Shown: positions 48,147-59,575 of the stretch, piece after piece
Layout of the letters: each line of letters begins with the position of its first letter
Numbering within the stretch: the stretch's first letter is position 1
NCBI GenBank assembly: GCA_965203325.1
Contig: OZ241875.1
Coordinates: 2,242,702 to 2,306,701, forward strand
From: a bacterium
Lineage (GTDB): Bacteria > UBA8248
Reading direction: 5' to 3'
DNA: 64,000 bases
Position numbers and translations under genes: made by a program
The notes under the pieces: model-generated
Told to the model about the DNA's origin: nothing
Databases searched by the model: none
The model's input: the letters and a program-made list of their open reading frames with translations, nothing else

Positions 48147-49349
48147 TCAGGCCACGACGCCCGCTTCTCGCAGGTTTGCTATTTCATCCTCGCTCGTTCC
48201 GAACTCGCGGAGCACCTCGTCTGTGTGCTCTCCCAACAGGGGCGCGGGCGTCCTCACGCCGACGCGCGTCTCGGACAGCTTGGGCGGGAAACCCAGAACC
48301 CGGATCCGGCCCGCCGCGGGGTGTTCCATCTCGACGCTCATCTCTCTGGCCTGAATCTGGGGATGCGCAAAGGTCTCCGCCATGTTCAGGATCGGCCCGC
48401 AGGGGATTCCGCCCGAATCGAGAAGCGCCACCCATTCGTCGCGCGTCTTTTCGATGAACACCGTTTCGAGTTCGCTCGCGAGTGCGAGATAGTTCTCGCG
48501 CCTCAAGCCGTCGGTGGCGTATTCTGGGCGCTCCAGGAGGTCTTCGCGCCCGATGGTCCCGCAGAAAAGCTCCCAGTTCCTCTGGTTGGCGGCGCCCAGG
48601 GCCAGATAGCCGTCTTTGCACTGAAAGGCCTGGTAGGGCGCCGTCATCTCGTGGGCTGAGCCGAGCGGCTCGGGCGGCTCGCCTGAGGGGAAGAACTGGG
48701 ACGCCTGCCAGAAGGTGTAGCCGAGGCCTGCGTCGGTCAGCGCCATGTCGATGCGCTGGCCCTCGCCGGTGCGCTGTTTGTGGATGTATGCGGAGAGGAT
48801 GGAGAGCGCCGTGTACATGCCTGCGTTCAGGTCGCAAATCGGCACGGGTATCTTCGCGGGCGCGCCGCCCGGCTCTCCCGTGAAGCTCATGAGGCTCGAA
48901 AGACCCTGCGAGACAAGATCGAACCCGCCCTTGCCCGCGAAAGGCCCCGTATCGCCGTAACCGGAGATGGAGGCGTAGATGAGGCCCGGGTTTATTTCTT
49001 TCAGGTCCTCATACCCAAGGCCGAGCCTGGTCATGATGCCGGGCCGTATGTTCTCGACGAACACGTCGACTTTTCGGGCGAGTTCTTTCATGAGCGCGAC
49101 GCCTGCCGCCGTCTTCATGTCCACCGCCAGGCTGCGCTTGTTGCGGTTCAGGTTCATGAAGCCGTGCGCTTCGCCGCCGTCGTAGTAGCGGCCCAGCCGG
49201 CGCGCGCTGTCGCCACCCTCAGGGTTTTCGATCTTGATGACGTCTGCGCCCATATCCGCCAGCAGGCACCCGCAGAACGGACCGGCCATCACCTGGCAGA
49301 CCTCCAGCACGCGAACGCCCTCGAGGGGTCCGCCCGTTTCTCGGCTCAT
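48147..49349 (-). CDS. CaiB/BaiF family CoA-transferase
   Basis: Family-wide similarity. Confidence 0.9.
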   Translation of the reverse strand: MSRETGGPLEGVRVLEVCQVMAGPFCGCLLADMGADVIKIENPEGGDSARRLGRYYDGGEAHGFMNLNRNKRSLAVDMKTAAGVALMKELARKVDVFVENIRPGIMTRLGLGYEDLKEINPGLIYASISGYGDTGPFAGKGGFDLVSQGLSSLMSFTGEPGGAPAKIPVPICDLNAGMYTALSILSAYIHKQRTGEGQRIDMALTDAGLGYTFWQASQFFPSGEPPEPLGSAHEMTAPYQAFQCKDGYLALGAANQRNWELFCGTIGREDLLERPEYATDGLRRENYLALASELETVFIEKTRDEWVALLDSGGIPCGPILNMAETFAHPQIQAREMSVEMEHPAAGRIRVLGFPPKLSETRVGVRTPAPLLGEHTDEVLREFGTSEDEIANLREAGVVA

Positions 49350-49353
49350 CCGT

Positions 49354-50163
49354 TTATTTTCCCCGGAATTCAGGCGCGCGCTTGCCCAGAAAAGCCTCCA
49401 CGCCCTCTCGGAAATCTTCGGTGTCGAAGCAGGCGACCTCGCGCGATTTTTCTTCTTCGGTGAGAGTGGAGAGGCCCGGGTCCAGCAACACTTTCTTCAC
49501 AAAGCTCTTGTGCCACTTGTGAACGAGGGGCGCCAGGGAAACGATGCGCTCCGCCATCCCGTACGCCGCGGCCTCCACCTCTTCGTCCGGCACGACGCGC
49601 GCCAGAAATCCCGCGTCGAGCATCTCCTGCGCCGTGAAGAGCTTGGCTGTCAGCAGCATGTCCAGCGTGCGCGCGGGGCCGATGGAGTATACGAAGCGCC
49701 TGAGTTCGGAATAGCCCGCCACGAGGCCGAGTTTGGCGACCGGTATGCCGAAGCGCGAGCTCTCGCCGGCGACCCGCAGGTCCGTGGCGGCGGCGAGCTC
49801 CACGCCACCGCCCACGCAGGCGCCGCGAATGAGACAGATGACGGGTTTCGAGAAGGCGTCCACGGCGTCCAGGCCGCGCAAGAATCCCGTTTCCGAGAAG
49901 TGTTTGGCTTGCGCGGAACTGTAGCGCTCCTGCTTGAAGCGCGAGATATCCGCCCCGGCGGAGAAGGCGCGCTCGCCGGCGCCCCGGAACACGACGGCGC
50001 GCACCGAATCGTCCGCATCGAGTTCGGGCATGAGGCTGCTGATTTCCACCCACATCTCATACTCGATGGCGTTCAGCCGCTCGGGCGCGTTGAAGGTGAT
50101 CGTCGCCACCGCGTCCTTGCGGGAGAGCAGTATTTTTCCGTCCGCGCGCTGTTCTTCGCTCAC
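49354..50163 (-). CDS. Enoyl-CoA hydratase/isomerase
   Basis: Crotonase fold motifs (FSAGADI, GACVGGG). Confidence 0.9.
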   Translation of the reverse strand: MSEEQRADGKILLSRKDAVATITFNAPERLNAIEYEMWVEISSLMPELDADDSVRAVVFRGAGERAFSAGADISRFKQERYSSAQAKHFSETGFLRGLDAVDAFSKPVICLIRGACVGGGVELAAATDLRVAGESSRFGIPVAKLGLVAGYSELRRFVYSIGPARTLDMLLTAKLFTAQEMLDAGFLARVVPDEEVEAAAYGMAERIVSLAPLVHKWHKSFVKKVLLDPGLSTLTEEEKSREVACFDTEDFREGVEAFLGKRAPEFRGK

Positions 50164-50253
50164 GTCAATCGCCTCGAATCAATCTCTGCTGCGTATGAGC
50201 CGTTAGAAGGTCTAGCCGGAAGGCCGCGCCCTCATCAAACGAGAAGGGAAAAA

Positions 50254-50472
50254 CTAATCTCCCTGCGCATCCTTGTATTCTTCGAGCCACGCCATCTGGA
50301 TGGCTTCGAGCTTGCCCTCCGTCGAGGACATCGGCTCGTCGTCGAACTCCTCGAGCTCGCACACCCACTCGTGCAGATCCGTGAAACGCACGGAAAGCGG
50401 GTCTATCTTCGGAAATTTCTCGTACAGCGCGATGCCGATGTCCTCGGCGTCTTCCCAGCCGAACGTGTCCAC
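50254..50472 (-). CDS. iscX: Fe-S assembly protein IscX
   Basis: 72 aa; VRFTDLHEWVCELEEFDDEP matches IscX. Confidence 0.85.
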   Translation of the reverse strand: MDTFGWEDAEDIGIALYEKFPKIDPLSVRFTDLHEWVCELEEFDDEPMSSTEGKLEAIQMAWLEEYKDAQGD

Positions 50473-50497
50473 CAGTTTCTCTCCTGAACCGAATTTT

Positions 50498-50854
50498 CTA
50501 ATGGGCGTGTTGCTCGCGGGCCGCGTCCGGGCCTTCCTGCACGAGGTTCACGTTCCAGAACGGCACCTCGATCTCGATGACCTCGTCCGTGTCGGACTCC
50601 AGAGTCGCCTGGCAGGCCAGCCGGCTGTCGAGGTCAACGTCGCGCGCATCGTCGAGCTGGTCTTCCTCATCCTCGGTGGATTCGTTGAACGAATCCGCGC
50701 CCGTGCGGATCTTCACGTGGCACGTCGAGCATGCGCACACGCCGCCGCAGGCATGATCCAGGTCGAAGCCGTTTTCGAGCGCCACTTCGAGAATGTTCTC
50801 GCCCACGTGGATCTCTAACGTCTGTTTCTCTTCCGTGAAATGTAGTTTCGCCAT
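50498..50854 (-). CDS. fdx: ISC-type [2Fe-2S] ferredoxin
   Basis: CGGVCACSTC ... LACQ cysteine pattern. Confidence 0.9.
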   Translation of the reverse strand: MAKLHFTEEKQTLEIHVGENILEVALENGFDLDHACGGVCACSTCHVKIRTGADSFNESTEDEEDQLDDARDVDLDSRLACQATLESDTDEVIEIEVPFWNVNLVQEGPDAAREQHAH

Positions 50855-50893
50855 TTTCTTCCCCTGCGCCCCGCTGGAATCTCCCCGCGGTTA

Positions 50894-52729
50894 CTAGTCT
50901 TTGAGGGCTTCGCTCACCCTCTTGTTCTCCAAGGCAGATTTCAAAACGTTATCCATCATCCGCTCTGCGAGCGGCATCGTCACTTCGTTGAGGGCGTCGA
51001 CCATATCGCGAATTAGGCCCGCGTCCTCTCCCCGGCAGGCTTCTTCGAGCGCGCTCACGGCTTCTTGAATCTTCGCGCGCTCCTCGGGAGAGACGGCATC
51101 CTCTTCATAATCGTTCATCGCACGGGCCGCCGCCATGAGGATCGTCTCCGCCTCGGTTCTGGCGTCCAGAACCTGGCGGGAGCGGATGTCCTGCTCGGCG
51201 TGCTCGAAAGATTCGATGAGCATGCGCTCGACCTGCTCATCCGTCAGCCCATAAGAAGGCTGCACCTCCACCGAGGCCGCCTTGCCGCTCTTGAGATCCC
51301 GGGCCGTCACGTTCAGGATGCCGTTCGCGTCGAGCAGAAACGTCACCTCTACCCGGGCGAGGCCGGCGGGTGCCGGGTCGACCGCGAGGCGGAAACGCGC
51401 GAGCGAGCGGTTGTCCTTCACCAGTTCGCGCTCGCCCTGGAGCACGTGGATGTCCACGCCCGTCTGGTTGTCCTTGAAGGTGGTGTAGGTCTCCCTCGCG
51501 CTCGTGGGGATGGTGGTGTTGCGCGGAATGATCCACCCCATCACGCCGCCCATCGTCTCGATGCCCAAAGAAAGCGGCGTCACGTCGAGGAGCAACATGT
51601 CTTTTCTGCCGCCTCCCAGGATGTCCGCCTGCACCGCCGCGCCCAGGGCCACCACCTCGTCGGGGTCCAGGTCCGCATGCGGGCGCTTTTCGAACAACTC
51701 CTCCACCATACGGCGTATGAGGGGCATGCGGGTGGACCCGCCCACCAGAACGACCTCGTCCACCTCCCCGGGCGAGAGGCCCGCGTCCTGGAGCGCACGC
51801 CTGCAAGGCGCCAGCGTGCGCTGGGCGATGGGCCAGAGGAGCGCTTCCATCTCCTCCCGGGTGAGGCTCCCCTTGTGAGCGAGCGGGACGCCGCCGGGGT
51901 TTTCGATGACGTACTCCGTGGAATCGCCCTCCGAGAGCGTCATCTTGACGTTTTCGGCCAGAAGCGTCAGTTCGGCCAGCGCCTCGGGCGTCTCGCTCAA
52001 ATCCACGCCGTGCTGTTCAAGGATTTCCTCCTGAATGCGGCGGGAGATCGCCAGATCGAAATCGTCTCCGCCCAGGTGGGTGTCGCCGCCGGTGGCGAGC
52101 ACCTCGAACACGCCGTCCTTGATCCTCAAGAGCGAGATGTCGAACGTGCCGCCGCCCAGGTCGTAGACCGCGACGACGCCCCGGTTCCGCTCGTGAAGAC
52201 CATAGGCGAGAGAGGCCGCCGTGGGCTCGTTGATGATGCGGAGCACTTCGAGGCCCGCGAGTTTGCCCGCGTCTTTCGTCGCCTGACGCTGCGCGTCGTT
52301 GAAATACGCGGGCACCGTGACCACCGCCCGAAGGACGGGCCGGCCGAGCGTTTTCTCCGCTCGGGATTTCAGGCGCCTCAGCACCAGGGCGCTGATTTCG
52401 GGCGCACTGTAGGAGCGCCCCTGCGCCAGCACATGGACGACGTCTCGCTCATCGGGGTCGGCATCGAAGGGCAGGTGGCGCATATCGTCCTTCACGTCCT
52501 CATAGCCCCTGCCCATGAACCGCTTGATGGAAAAGATGGTGTTCCGGCTGTTGGAGACGCGCTCATCGTGCGCCTCATCGCCGGTGAAAACGCGGTCGGA
52601 GCGAAAGCTCACCACGGAAGGCACGATGCCGCGCTCGCCCTCGGGCGCGAGTATCGCCGGCTCTCCTCCCGACACGGAAGCGACCAGGCTGTTCGTCGTG
52701 CCCAGGTCGATTCCGACGATCTCGCTCAT
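50894..52729 (-). CDS. hscA: Fe-S cluster assembly chaperone HscA (Hsp70)
   Basis: [10 protein letters not shown]..., full Hsp70 architecture. Confidence 0.95.
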   Translation of the reverse strand: MSEIVGIDLGTTNSLVASVSGGEPAILAPEGERGIVPSVVSFRSDRVFTGDEAHDERVSNSRNTIFSIKRFMGRGYEDVKDDMRHLPFDADPDERDVVHVLAQGRSYSAPEISALVLRRLKSRAEKTLGRPVLRAVVTVPAYFNDAQRQATKDAGKLAGLEVLRIINEPTAASLAYGLHERNRGVVAVYDLGGGTFDISLLRIKDGVFEVLATGGDTHLGGDDFDLAISRRIQEEILEQHGVDLSETPEALAELTLLAENVKMTLSEGDSTEYVIENPGGVPLAHKGSLTREEMEALLWPIAQRTLAPCRRALQDAGLSPGEVDEVVLVGGSTRMPLIRRMVEELFEKRPHADLDPDEVVALGAAVQADILGGGRKDMLLLDVTPLSLGIETMGGVMGWIIPRNTTIPTSARETYTTFKDNQTGVDIHVLQGERELVKDNRSLARFRLAVDPAPAGLARVEVTFLLDANGILNVTARDLKSGKAASVEVQPSYGLTDEQVERMLIESFEHAEQDIRSRQVLDARTEAETILMAAARAMNDYEEDAVSPEERAKIQEAVSALEEACRGEDAGLIRDMVDALNEVTMPLAERMMDNVLKSALENKRVSEALKD

Positions 52730-53367
52730 TCACTCTCCTCCAGGGCGCGCTTGAGGCTCGTGAGGGTGTTCTCGATGTAGTTCCTCAGCCCGAGAATGGA
52801 GCGCATCCTCCTGATCACTTCAGATGGGGCAGGTTCGTCTTTTTCGAGCGCCTCGTCCCAGTCGGCGCCCAGCATTTCGAGCGCCATGAGTTGTCCATCA
52901 CGAAGCGTCGAAAAGCACTCCATGGCCGCGTTCAGGCGCTCGCGCAAATTCTCGGCTTCCTCTTCGTCCATGCAGCACTGAAACTCCTCCGCCGCCTCCT
53001 GGGCTTCGAATATCTCCTCGAACAATTCGGGCGGGGGCCTCCTCTCGTTCTCGTCGAGCTTTCCGCTTTCGAGCTGCACGAGGTAGACGACGCGCGCAAT
53101 CGGATCCTTGAGGGTCTGGTACGCGTCGTTGATGCGAGCCGTCGCGTCCAGGCTCCTGATCCGCACCGAGGCGGGCGCACTCATGAAAAAATCGGGATGA
53201 AGCCTGCGGTTCAGTTCATAGAACTTCGATTCGAGCGCGCCGGCGTCGATGCCGAACCTGCGCTCCAGCCCCAGCAGCGCGAAGTGATCCACCCCGGCGG
53301 GAATCGCCTCAATTTCACCCTCTTCGTTGAAAACGGTAAAAGGTTTTTTTTTCGTCGCTTCGCTCAT
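52726..53367 (-). CDS. hscB: Co-chaperone HscB (J-domain)
   Basis: J-domain HPD (RRLHPDFF) plus C-terminal helical domain; the start is probably M8 of the track ORF. Confidence 0.85.
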   Translation of the reverse strand: MSEATKKKPFTVFNEEGEIEAIPAGVDHFALLGLERRFGIDAGALESKFYELNRRLHPDFFMSAPASVRIRSLDATARINDAYQTLKDPIARVVYLVQLESGKLDENERRPPPELFEEIFEAQEAAEEFQCCMDEEEAENLRERLNAAMECFSTLRDGQLMALEMLGADWDEALEKDEPAPSEVIRRMRSILGLRNYIENTLTSLKRALEESE

Positions 53368-53472
53368 CTCGCGATTCCAGGCCCGCATGAACCGCCGGGC
53401 GATTTGAACCCAAAAGAAAAACGCGTCGCTATCCCATGCGGCATGGGCGCGGCGCGTTTCATCCCGGTTGCG

Positions 53473-53829
53473 TTACGCGGAAAAACTTTCCCCGCAACCA
53501 CAGGACTGGCGTGCGTTGGGGTTCTTGAACACAAACCCCTTGCCCATCAGCCCGTCTTCAAAATCCAGCGTGGTGCCCGCCAGGAAAAAGAGGCTCTTCT
53601 TGTCCACGACCACGCGGACGCCGTCTTTCTCGAACACCTCGTCCATCAGCGGGTTGATGCGTTCCTCGCCCTCGAACTGGAGGACGTAGGAAAGCCCGGA
53701 GCAGCCTCCTCCCTTCACGCCGACGCGGAGAACGTGGCCCTGCGCCCCTTCTTTCTCCATGAAGCGGTTCACGTGCTCCACAGCCTTGTCGGTAATCTCG
53801 ATGCTCAGTCTTTTCGCGGCCGTATCCAT
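53473..53829 (-). CDS. iscA: Fe-S cluster insertion protein IscA/ErpA (A-type carrier)
   Basis: GGGCSG ... CGCGESF motifs. Confidence 0.9.
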   Translation of the reverse strand: MDTAAKRLSIEITDKAVEHVNRFMEKEGAQGHVLRVGVKGGGCSGLSYVLQFEGEERINPLMDEVFEKDGVRVVVDKKSLFFLAGTTLDFEDGLMGKGFVFKNPNARQSCGCGESFSA

Positions 53830-53860
53830 TTCCTGCCCCTTACACGCGAATCGCCCGCTT

Positions 53861-54274
53861 CTAGTGGTGGTGGCCCTTGCGCTCGACGACCGGTATCCCG
53901 TTTTTCTCGCGAAAATCGTTCAGCGCGGTCTTGATGGCGTCTTCGGCCAGCACGGAACAGTGGATCTTCACCGGCGGGAGATTCAACTCCTCGACGATCT
54001 GCGTGTTCTTGATCTCCTCGGCCTCGTCCACCGTCTTGCCCTTGAGCCACTCGGTGGCCAGGGAGCTCGATGCGATGGCGCTTCCGCAGCCGAAGGTCTT
54101 GAACTTCGCATCCTCGATGAGGCCGCCCTCGTCCACCTTGATCTGGAGCTTCATCACGTCGCCGCATTCGGGCGCGCCGACGATGCCCGTGCCCACCGTC
54201 TGGTCGCTCTTGTCGAGCGAGCCGACGTTGCGCGGGTTGTTGTAGTGATCGACCACCTTATCGCTGTAAGCCAT
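53861..54274 (-). CDS. iscU: Fe-S cluster scaffold IscU
   Basis: GAPECGDVMKLQI, LPPVKIHCS. Confidence 0.95.
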   Translation of the reverse strand: MAYSDKVVDHYNNPRNVGSLDKSDQTVGTGIVGAPECGDVMKLQIKVDEGGLIEDAKFKTFGCGSAIASSSLATEWLKGKTVDEAEEIKNTQIVEELNLPPVKIHCSVLAEDAIKTALNDFREKNGIPVVERKGHHH

Positions 54275-54358
54275 TTTCCCGTTCTCCTCTTTCCAGTTGC
54301 TGCGATTCCGGATTTCTGCGAGCCGCAGGCTCTATATCAAAATAAGCTCAACGCTCCT

Positions 54359-55579
54359 TTAATGCGACTGCCATTCCACCTTGGAGAGGTCCACGCCCTC
54401 TTTCACCATCTCATAAAGCGGGCTCATCTCGCGAAGCCGGTTCACGATGTCCGTCGTCTTCTCGGCCACGTAGTCTATCTCCTCCTCGGTGGTGAAGCGG
54501 CCGAAGCCGTAGCGAATCGAGGAATGCGCCAGCTCGTCGCCCCGGCCCATGGACTTGAGCACGTAGCTCGGTTCCAGGCTCGCCGAGGTGCAGGCCGAAC
54601 CCGAGGATACGGCCACGTCGCTCAGCCCCATGATGAGCGATTCGCCCTCCACGTAGGGGAAGCTGAGGTTCAGGTTGCCCGAGAGGCGCTTGGTCTCATG
54701 GCCGTTCACGTATACCTCTTCCAAACTCTCGAACATGGTCGCCTTGAACTTGTCGCGCAGGTTCGTCAGACGGATGTTCTCTTCTTCCATCTCCTCCATG
54801 CACAACTCGGCCGCCTTGCCGAAGCCGACGATGCCCGAGACGTTCAGCGTACCCGAGCGCATTCCCCGCTCGTGGCCGCCGCCGTCGATGATGGCCGACA
54901 GCCTCACGCGCGGCCTGCGCCTGCGGACGTAAATCAACCCCACGCCCTTGGGCCCGTAGACCTTGTGGGCGGTGGCCGAGAGGAGGTCGATGTTCATCTC
55001 GTCCACGTCGATGGGAATCTTGCCGTAGCCCTGCGTGGCGTCGGTGTGGAAGAGGATGCCGCGGCCCCGGCACAGCGCGCCGATCTCGGCGATGGGGTTC
55101 AGCACGCCGACCTCGTTGTTCGCCGCCATGATGGAGACGAGTATGGTGTCGTCGCGCAGGGCGTTCTCGACCATCTCCGCCGTCGTGATGCCGTCCTCGG
55201 GAGGCTCGATGTAGGTGACGTCGAAGCCCCACGTCTCCAGGCGTTTGGCGGAGTCGATGATGGCCTTGTGCTCGATCGCCGAGGTGACGATGTGGTTGCC
55301 CTTTTTCTTGTACATCTCGGCGACGCCCTTGAGCGCCATGTTGTCCGATTCCGTAGCCCCGCTGGTGAAGATGATCTCGCGCGGGTCCGCGCCGATGACG
55401 GCGGCGAGTTTCTCCCGGGCGTCGTCCACGGCCTTTTCCGCCTCCCAGCCGAAGCTGTGGTTGCGGCTCGCGGCGTTTCCGAACTTGTCGTCGAAGTAGG
55501 GATTCATCTCCTCGAGGACGCGCGGGTCCATGGGCGTCGTCGCCTGGTAGTCCATATAGATGGGGAACTTCAAGCTCAT
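54359..55579 (-). CDS. iscS: Cysteine desulfurase IscS
   Basis: PLP-lysine [14 protein letters not shown], active-site SSGSACTS. Confidence 0.95.
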   Translation of the reverse strand: MSLKFPIYMDYQATTPMDPRVLEEMNPYFDDKFGNAASRNHSFGWEAEKAVDDAREKLAAVIGADPREIIFTSGATESDNMALKGVAEMYKKKGNHIVTSAIEHKAIIDSAKRLETWGFDVTYIEPPEDGITTAEMVENALRDDTILVSIMAANNEVGVLNPIAEIGALCRGRGILFHTDATQGYGKIPIDVDEMNIDLLSATAHKVYGPKGVGLIYVRRRRPRVRLSAIIDGGGHERGMRSGTLNVSGIVGFGKAAELCMEEMEEENIRLTNLRDKFKATMFESLEEVYVNGHETKRLSGNLNLSFPYVEGESLIMGLSDVAVSSGSACTSASLEPSYVLKSMGRGDELAHSSIRYGFGRFTTEEEIDYVAEKTTDIVNRLREMSPLYEMVKEGVDLSKVEWQSH

Positions 55580-56001
55580 CTGATCTCTCCTGCAGGCGTA
55601 CCCACCATGTCCTGAAGGGTCATTCCTTCAAGCACGTCGGTCACCTTTTTCTGGATCCTTTCCATGGGATAAAAAATGGTGCATTTCTCGTATTGTTCAC
55701 AGCCCGTGGCGTCGCCGATCTGGCACGTCGCCATCGCGATGGGCCCCTCAATCGCCCGGATGACTTCGGCCACCGAGATGGTCTCGGGCCTGCGCGAGAG
55801 AACGTAGCCGCCCTTGGGGCCGTTTCTCGACTCCACGAGGTCATTTTTGGCCAGAAGCTGCATCGTCTTCGCGAGCAGCTCGGCGGGAATGCGGAACCGC
55901 TCCGCGATGGCGCGCGAGGTGATGGATCCCTCCTCTTCGCACTCCGCGAGGTAGCAAAGAGCCATCAAGCCGTAATCCGTACGCTTTGCAATTGCGAACA
56001 T
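55576..56001 (-). CDS. iscR: Rrf2-family Fe-S regulator IscR
   Basis: The wHTH start and the Cys ligand cluster (CQ...C...C) typical of IscR. Confidence 0.9.
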   Translation of the reverse strand: MFAIAKRTDYGLMALCYLAECEEEGSITSRAIAERFRIPAELLAKTMQLLAKNDLVESRNGPKGGYVLSRRPETISVAEVIRAIEGPIAMATCQIGDATGCEQYEKCTIFYPMERIQKKVTDVLEGMTLQDMVGTPAGEIR

Positions 56002-56083
56002 TCCGCATACCGCCTTGAATTATACAGGATTATCGGTCAAACCCGACCATTTGGAAGCTGACGGCGTCTTACCCCCACTAAAT

Positions 56084-56100
56084 GCGACCCAAATGGTCGC
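56084..56100. promoter_or_regulatory. Palindrome GCGACCCAAATGGTCGC in the iscR upstream region (possible IscR autoregulatory box)
   Basis: Direct reading; its position relative to the iscR start is appropriate. Confidence 0.25.
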
Positions 56101-56229
56101 CGACCCATCCAGTCGCATATATACGCCCCAAACGGGCCAATGTCAAGGGTTTCGAACGTAAAATCAACGATTAAGAGGGGATGGGCAATCGTCGTCGGCC
56201 ATGTGCCTTCCCGCCAAAGGCGCCGCTCC

Positions 56230-57360
56230 CTACCTCCCCTTCACCAACTCCCACTTGCCTTTCACGATGCGCACCAGGGCGAGGGAGTCGATATCCTGGC
56301 CGTTGTGGTCGTTTTTGGAAAAGCCGTAAGTTCCGTTCAGCCCCATGAAATAGCGCGCCCCTTCGACGCCTGCGGGGATTCTCGCCCGGTTGGCGCCCAC
56401 GCCCCGGGCGGACCACGCCAGAATGCGCAGCGCATCGACGGCGGCGGCCGCCGTCTCTCCCGGCGCGCTCCTGTAGGCCTTCAGGAACTCATCCCGAAAC
56501 GCGGCGAGGTCCTTCTTGGCGGGATGCGCTTCTGGCAGAAGATGGGCCGCTGCGATCCACGAGGCCGGGAACACCACGCCCTCGGCGGCCCGGCCCCCGC
56601 TTTTGGAGCCGAACATTCCGGGCGACGCCTGAGAGAGATAGAGCGGCATATCGAGATCGAGCGCCGCGCGGGCGCGCACCAGGTCCACGCGATATCCTCC
56701 TCTGGCCCAGTGCACGAAGGCCCCGACGCCGCGCAGGGAGGCGCGCTTCAGAAAGGGCAGGAAATTGTGCTCGCCCGGCTTGAAGGATTCGTTCAGGAGG
56801 ATGGATACGCCGAAATCGGGCGCGAGCGCGGTGATCTGCTCCCGTCCCTCCGTGCCGTAGCCCACGGAGGAACCCAGCATCGCCGCGCGCTTGATTCCTC
56901 TGCTTTTCAAGTGTCCCAGTATCAAGCGAACGGGCAGCGACGCGGGCCTTGCGGTGGAGAAAACCCACTGACGGACCGGGACGAGAATCTCCTCGGGCGC
57001 GGACAACGTGAAAAGCGGCACCCGTTCTTCCTGCGCCGCTTCGGCGGCGGCGATGGCGGCGTAATGCTCGACGGGCCCGATCACGGCGACGGCCTCATGC
57101 TTTCGGGCCAGTTCGCGAACCGCGGCGGCCGCCCCCTCGGGGCTTCCCCTGGTGTCGAGAGTGAGGAGAAAAATGCGCCCGCCGGCGACGCCCCGGCGGT
57201 TGATTCGCGCCATCTCAAGTAAAAGCGCGTTTCGGGCCTCGCGGCCTCCGGAAGCGCCCGGGCCCGAGAGGTCGAGCGCGAGGCCGACGACGATCCTGTC
57301 GGCCGGTGCCGCATCCCCGGCCCACCCGCAGACGCAAAAGAAGGCTGCGAGCGACGCCAT
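56230..57360 (-). CDS. Periplasmic substrate-binding protein (Peripla_BP_6/LivK-like)
   Basis: Signal peptide plus type I PBP fold. Confidence 0.75.
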   Translation of the reverse strand: MASLAAFFCVCGWAGDAAPADRIVVGLALDLSGPGASGGREARNALLLEMARINRRGVAGGRIFLLTLDTRGSPEGAAAAVRELARKHEAVAVIGPVEHYAAIAAAEAAQEERVPLFTLSAPEEILVPVRQWVFSTARPASLPVRLILGHLKSRGIKRAAMLGSSVGYGTEGREQITALAPDFGVSILLNESFKPGEHNFLPFLKRASLRGVGAFVHWARGGYRVDLVRARAALDLDMPLYLSQASPGMFGSKSGGRAAEGVVFPASWIAAAHLLPEAHPAKKDLAAFRDEFLKAYRSAPGETAAAAVDALRILAWSARGVGANRARIPAGVEGARYFMGLNGTYGFSKNDHNGQDIDSLALVRIVKGKWELVKGR

Positions 57361-57474
57361 CCACCTGATGCGCCATCCGTTTTTGATCGCCACGCTCATG
57401 TTCTATCATTACCCCGAAACTTAGAGCGTCGTCTTTGAAAACCCTAATACGCTTGATAACGGCTGGCCCGACGC

Positions 57475-58626
57475 ATGTCAAACAAAACGAAAAGCAAACC
57501 GGAGAGCCTGCGTTTCACTCCCCCTGAGCGCAGAAAGTTCAGAAAGCGCATCCTGGGGTGGTACGAGCGGGAGAAAAGAGAACTCCCCTGGCGCGGAGAG
57601 AAAGACCCCTACCGGATATGGGTGTCGGAGGCCATGCTCCAGCAGACCCGGGCGGATACCGTCCGGCTGCGTTATCCCGCTTTCATCGAGCGGTTTCCCA
57701 CCCTGGCCGCCCTGGCCGACGCACCCCTGGACGCCGTATTGGCCGAATGGCAGGGACTCGGCTATTACAGCCGCGCGAGGAACCTGCACCGCGCCGCACA
57801 GGAGGTGATGAGCCAAGGCGGGGGCGGGATGCCCGAAACGCGCGATGCGCTTTTGGCCTTGCCAGGGGTCGGCCCCTACATGGCGGGGGCCATCGCCAGC
57901 ATCGCCTTCGGTGAGCGTTGCGCGGCCATCGACGGGAACATCTTTAGAATCATGAGCCGGATTCTCAACATCTCGACACCCATCGACATTCCGCCTGCAC
58001 AAAAAACCATCCATGAAGAAACGCAAGCGCTGGTTCCGCGTGCCAGGCCCGGCGACTTCAACCAGGCGCTGATGGATTTGGGCGCCCGAATCTGCCTTCC
58101 CAAAACCCCTGATTGCGCGCGATGTCCCGTCCGCGCACACTGTGCCGGCCACGATGCCGGAACCCAGAACGCCCTGCCGGTAAAAACCGCCAAAAAACCG
58201 CCCGCGCCGTATACCTTTTTTCAGTTCCGGGCGGAGCGGGACGGATTGGTTCTTCTGGCCCAAAGGGAGAAAACCGGCCTTTTCGGCGGCATGTGGGAGC
58301 TGCCCGGCTTCATGGTGGAGGGCCACCACGAGAAGATGGACCCCCGCCGCCTGAGAACGCAGTGCGCCGAACTTCTCGGGACGGGCTGGCGGCCGGGACG
58401 CGAACTCGCCAGAACCACCCGAACGCTCACCCACAGAAAGATTCTGTTCGTCGTACACCTGGCGGAAAATTTCGAGAAGGGCGCGCCGCAAGCAAACCAG
58501 AACGGATTGCTCTGGGCGTCCGGGGAGGATTTTCGCACGCTGGCCATCTCCACCGCCCAGCGCGCCGCATGGCGCGCCGCTGAAAGCGCGCTCCACAATT
58601 TAGAGGGAAAACAAGGCGAAGGATGA
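57475..58626 (+). CDS. mutY: A/G-specific adenine DNA glycosylase
   Basis: HhH-GPD, Fe-S motif CxxxxxxCxxCxxxxxC, and a C-terminal NUDIX-like domain. Confidence 0.9.
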   Translation: MSNKTKSKPESLRFTPPERRKFRKRILGWYEREKRELPWRGEKDPYRIWVSEAMLQQTRADTVRLRYPAFIERFPTLAALADAPLDAVLAEWQGLGYYSRARNLHRAAQEVMSQGGGGMPETRDALLALPGVGPYMAGAIASIAFGERCAAIDGNIFRIMSRILNISTPIDIPPAQKTIHEETQALVPRARPGDFNQALMDLGARICLPKTPDCARCPVRAHCAGHDAGTQNALPVKTAKKPPAPYTFFQFRAERDGLVLLAQREKTGLFGGMWELPGFMVEGHHEKMDPRRLRTQCAELLGTGWRPGRELARTTRTLTHRKILFVVHLAENFEKGAPQANQNGLLWASGEDFRTLAISTAQRAAWRAAESALHNLEGKQGEG

Positions 58627-58669
58627 GGTCCGGGCGCGCCACCCGCTTTCCGGATCCGTTCCCTGAAGC

Positions 58670-59572
58670 CTACCTGCCGAAGTGATCCGCCAGATAATTC
58701 TCGAGCGTTCTGGGCGTGAGGCCGAAGGCTTCTTTCATGGGCGCCGGGTCGCACACGTTGTCCTCGCCCAGCATCGTTATCTGATCCTCGGTGAAGGGAG
58801 GCTTCATCGGTAGCAGGTTGAACAGTTTGGCCTGCAAGCGCGCAATGGAGACGGGCAGGGGCGCGAGCAGCCTCTTCTTGCCCATCGCCTTCACCAGCAT
58901 GGAGAGAATCTCCCGGACCGGGTACGCGGTGTCTCCGCCCATGTCGTAAGTCTGTCCGATGGTCTCGGGCATACCCAGGCACTGCGCGAAACAACGGCAC
59001 ACGTCCTCCACCCAGATGGGCTGGAGCTTGCCGTTTCCTCCGCCGATGAGGGGAAGGGCGGGCGCCATGCGCGCGATGCCGGCGAAGGTGTTCAGGAACT
59101 CGTCGTTCTCACCGAAGATGATGGAGGGTCTGAAGATCGTCCAGTCCAGATCGCTCTCGCGAACGAACTGCTCGGCGGCGTATTTGGATTTATGGTACCG
59201 GGCGACGGCGTTCTCCCGCGTGCCCAGGGCGCTCATGTGCACGAAACGCTTCACCCCCGCCTGCTCGGCGGCGGCGACCATGCGGCGCGTGCCCTCGGTA
59301 TGAACCGCCTCGAAGCCGGGCGTTCCCTTCTCGATGATGATGCCCACCAGGTGAATCACGGCATCTTGTTTCTTCATCAGCTCGGCGAGTTGGTCGACCG
59401 AATACTCCGTGATGTCGCCCCGCACGGGAAAGGCCCCGCTCATCGAGGTGAGGCGCTGCCTCGCCGGTTCGGGGTCGCGCGAGAGCACCCTCGTCTCATG
59501 GCCCGCCAAAGAGAGAAGCGAAAGGAGCGTGCCGCCGACATATCCAGTTCCGCCCGTCAGAAAAACCTTCAT
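58670..59572 (-). CDS. NAD(P)-binding epimerase/NDUFA9-like SDR-family protein
   Basis: GGTGYVG Rossmann motif. Confidence 0.75.
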   Translation of the reverse strand: MKVFLTGGTGYVGGTLLSLLSLAGHETRVLSRDPEPARQRLTSMSGAFPVRGDITEYSVDQLAELMKKQDAVIHLVGIIIEKGTPGFEAVHTEGTRRMVAAAEQAGVKRFVHMSALGTRENAVARYHKSKYAAEQFVRESDLDWTIFRPSIIFGENDEFLNTFAGIARMAPALPLIGGGNGKLQPIWVEDVCRCFAQCLGMPETIGQTYDMGGDTAYPVREILSMLVKAMGKKRLLAPLPVSIARLQAKLFNLLPMKPPFTEDQITMLGEDNVCDPAPMKEAFGLTPRTLENYLADHFGR

Positions 59573-59575
59573 GAT

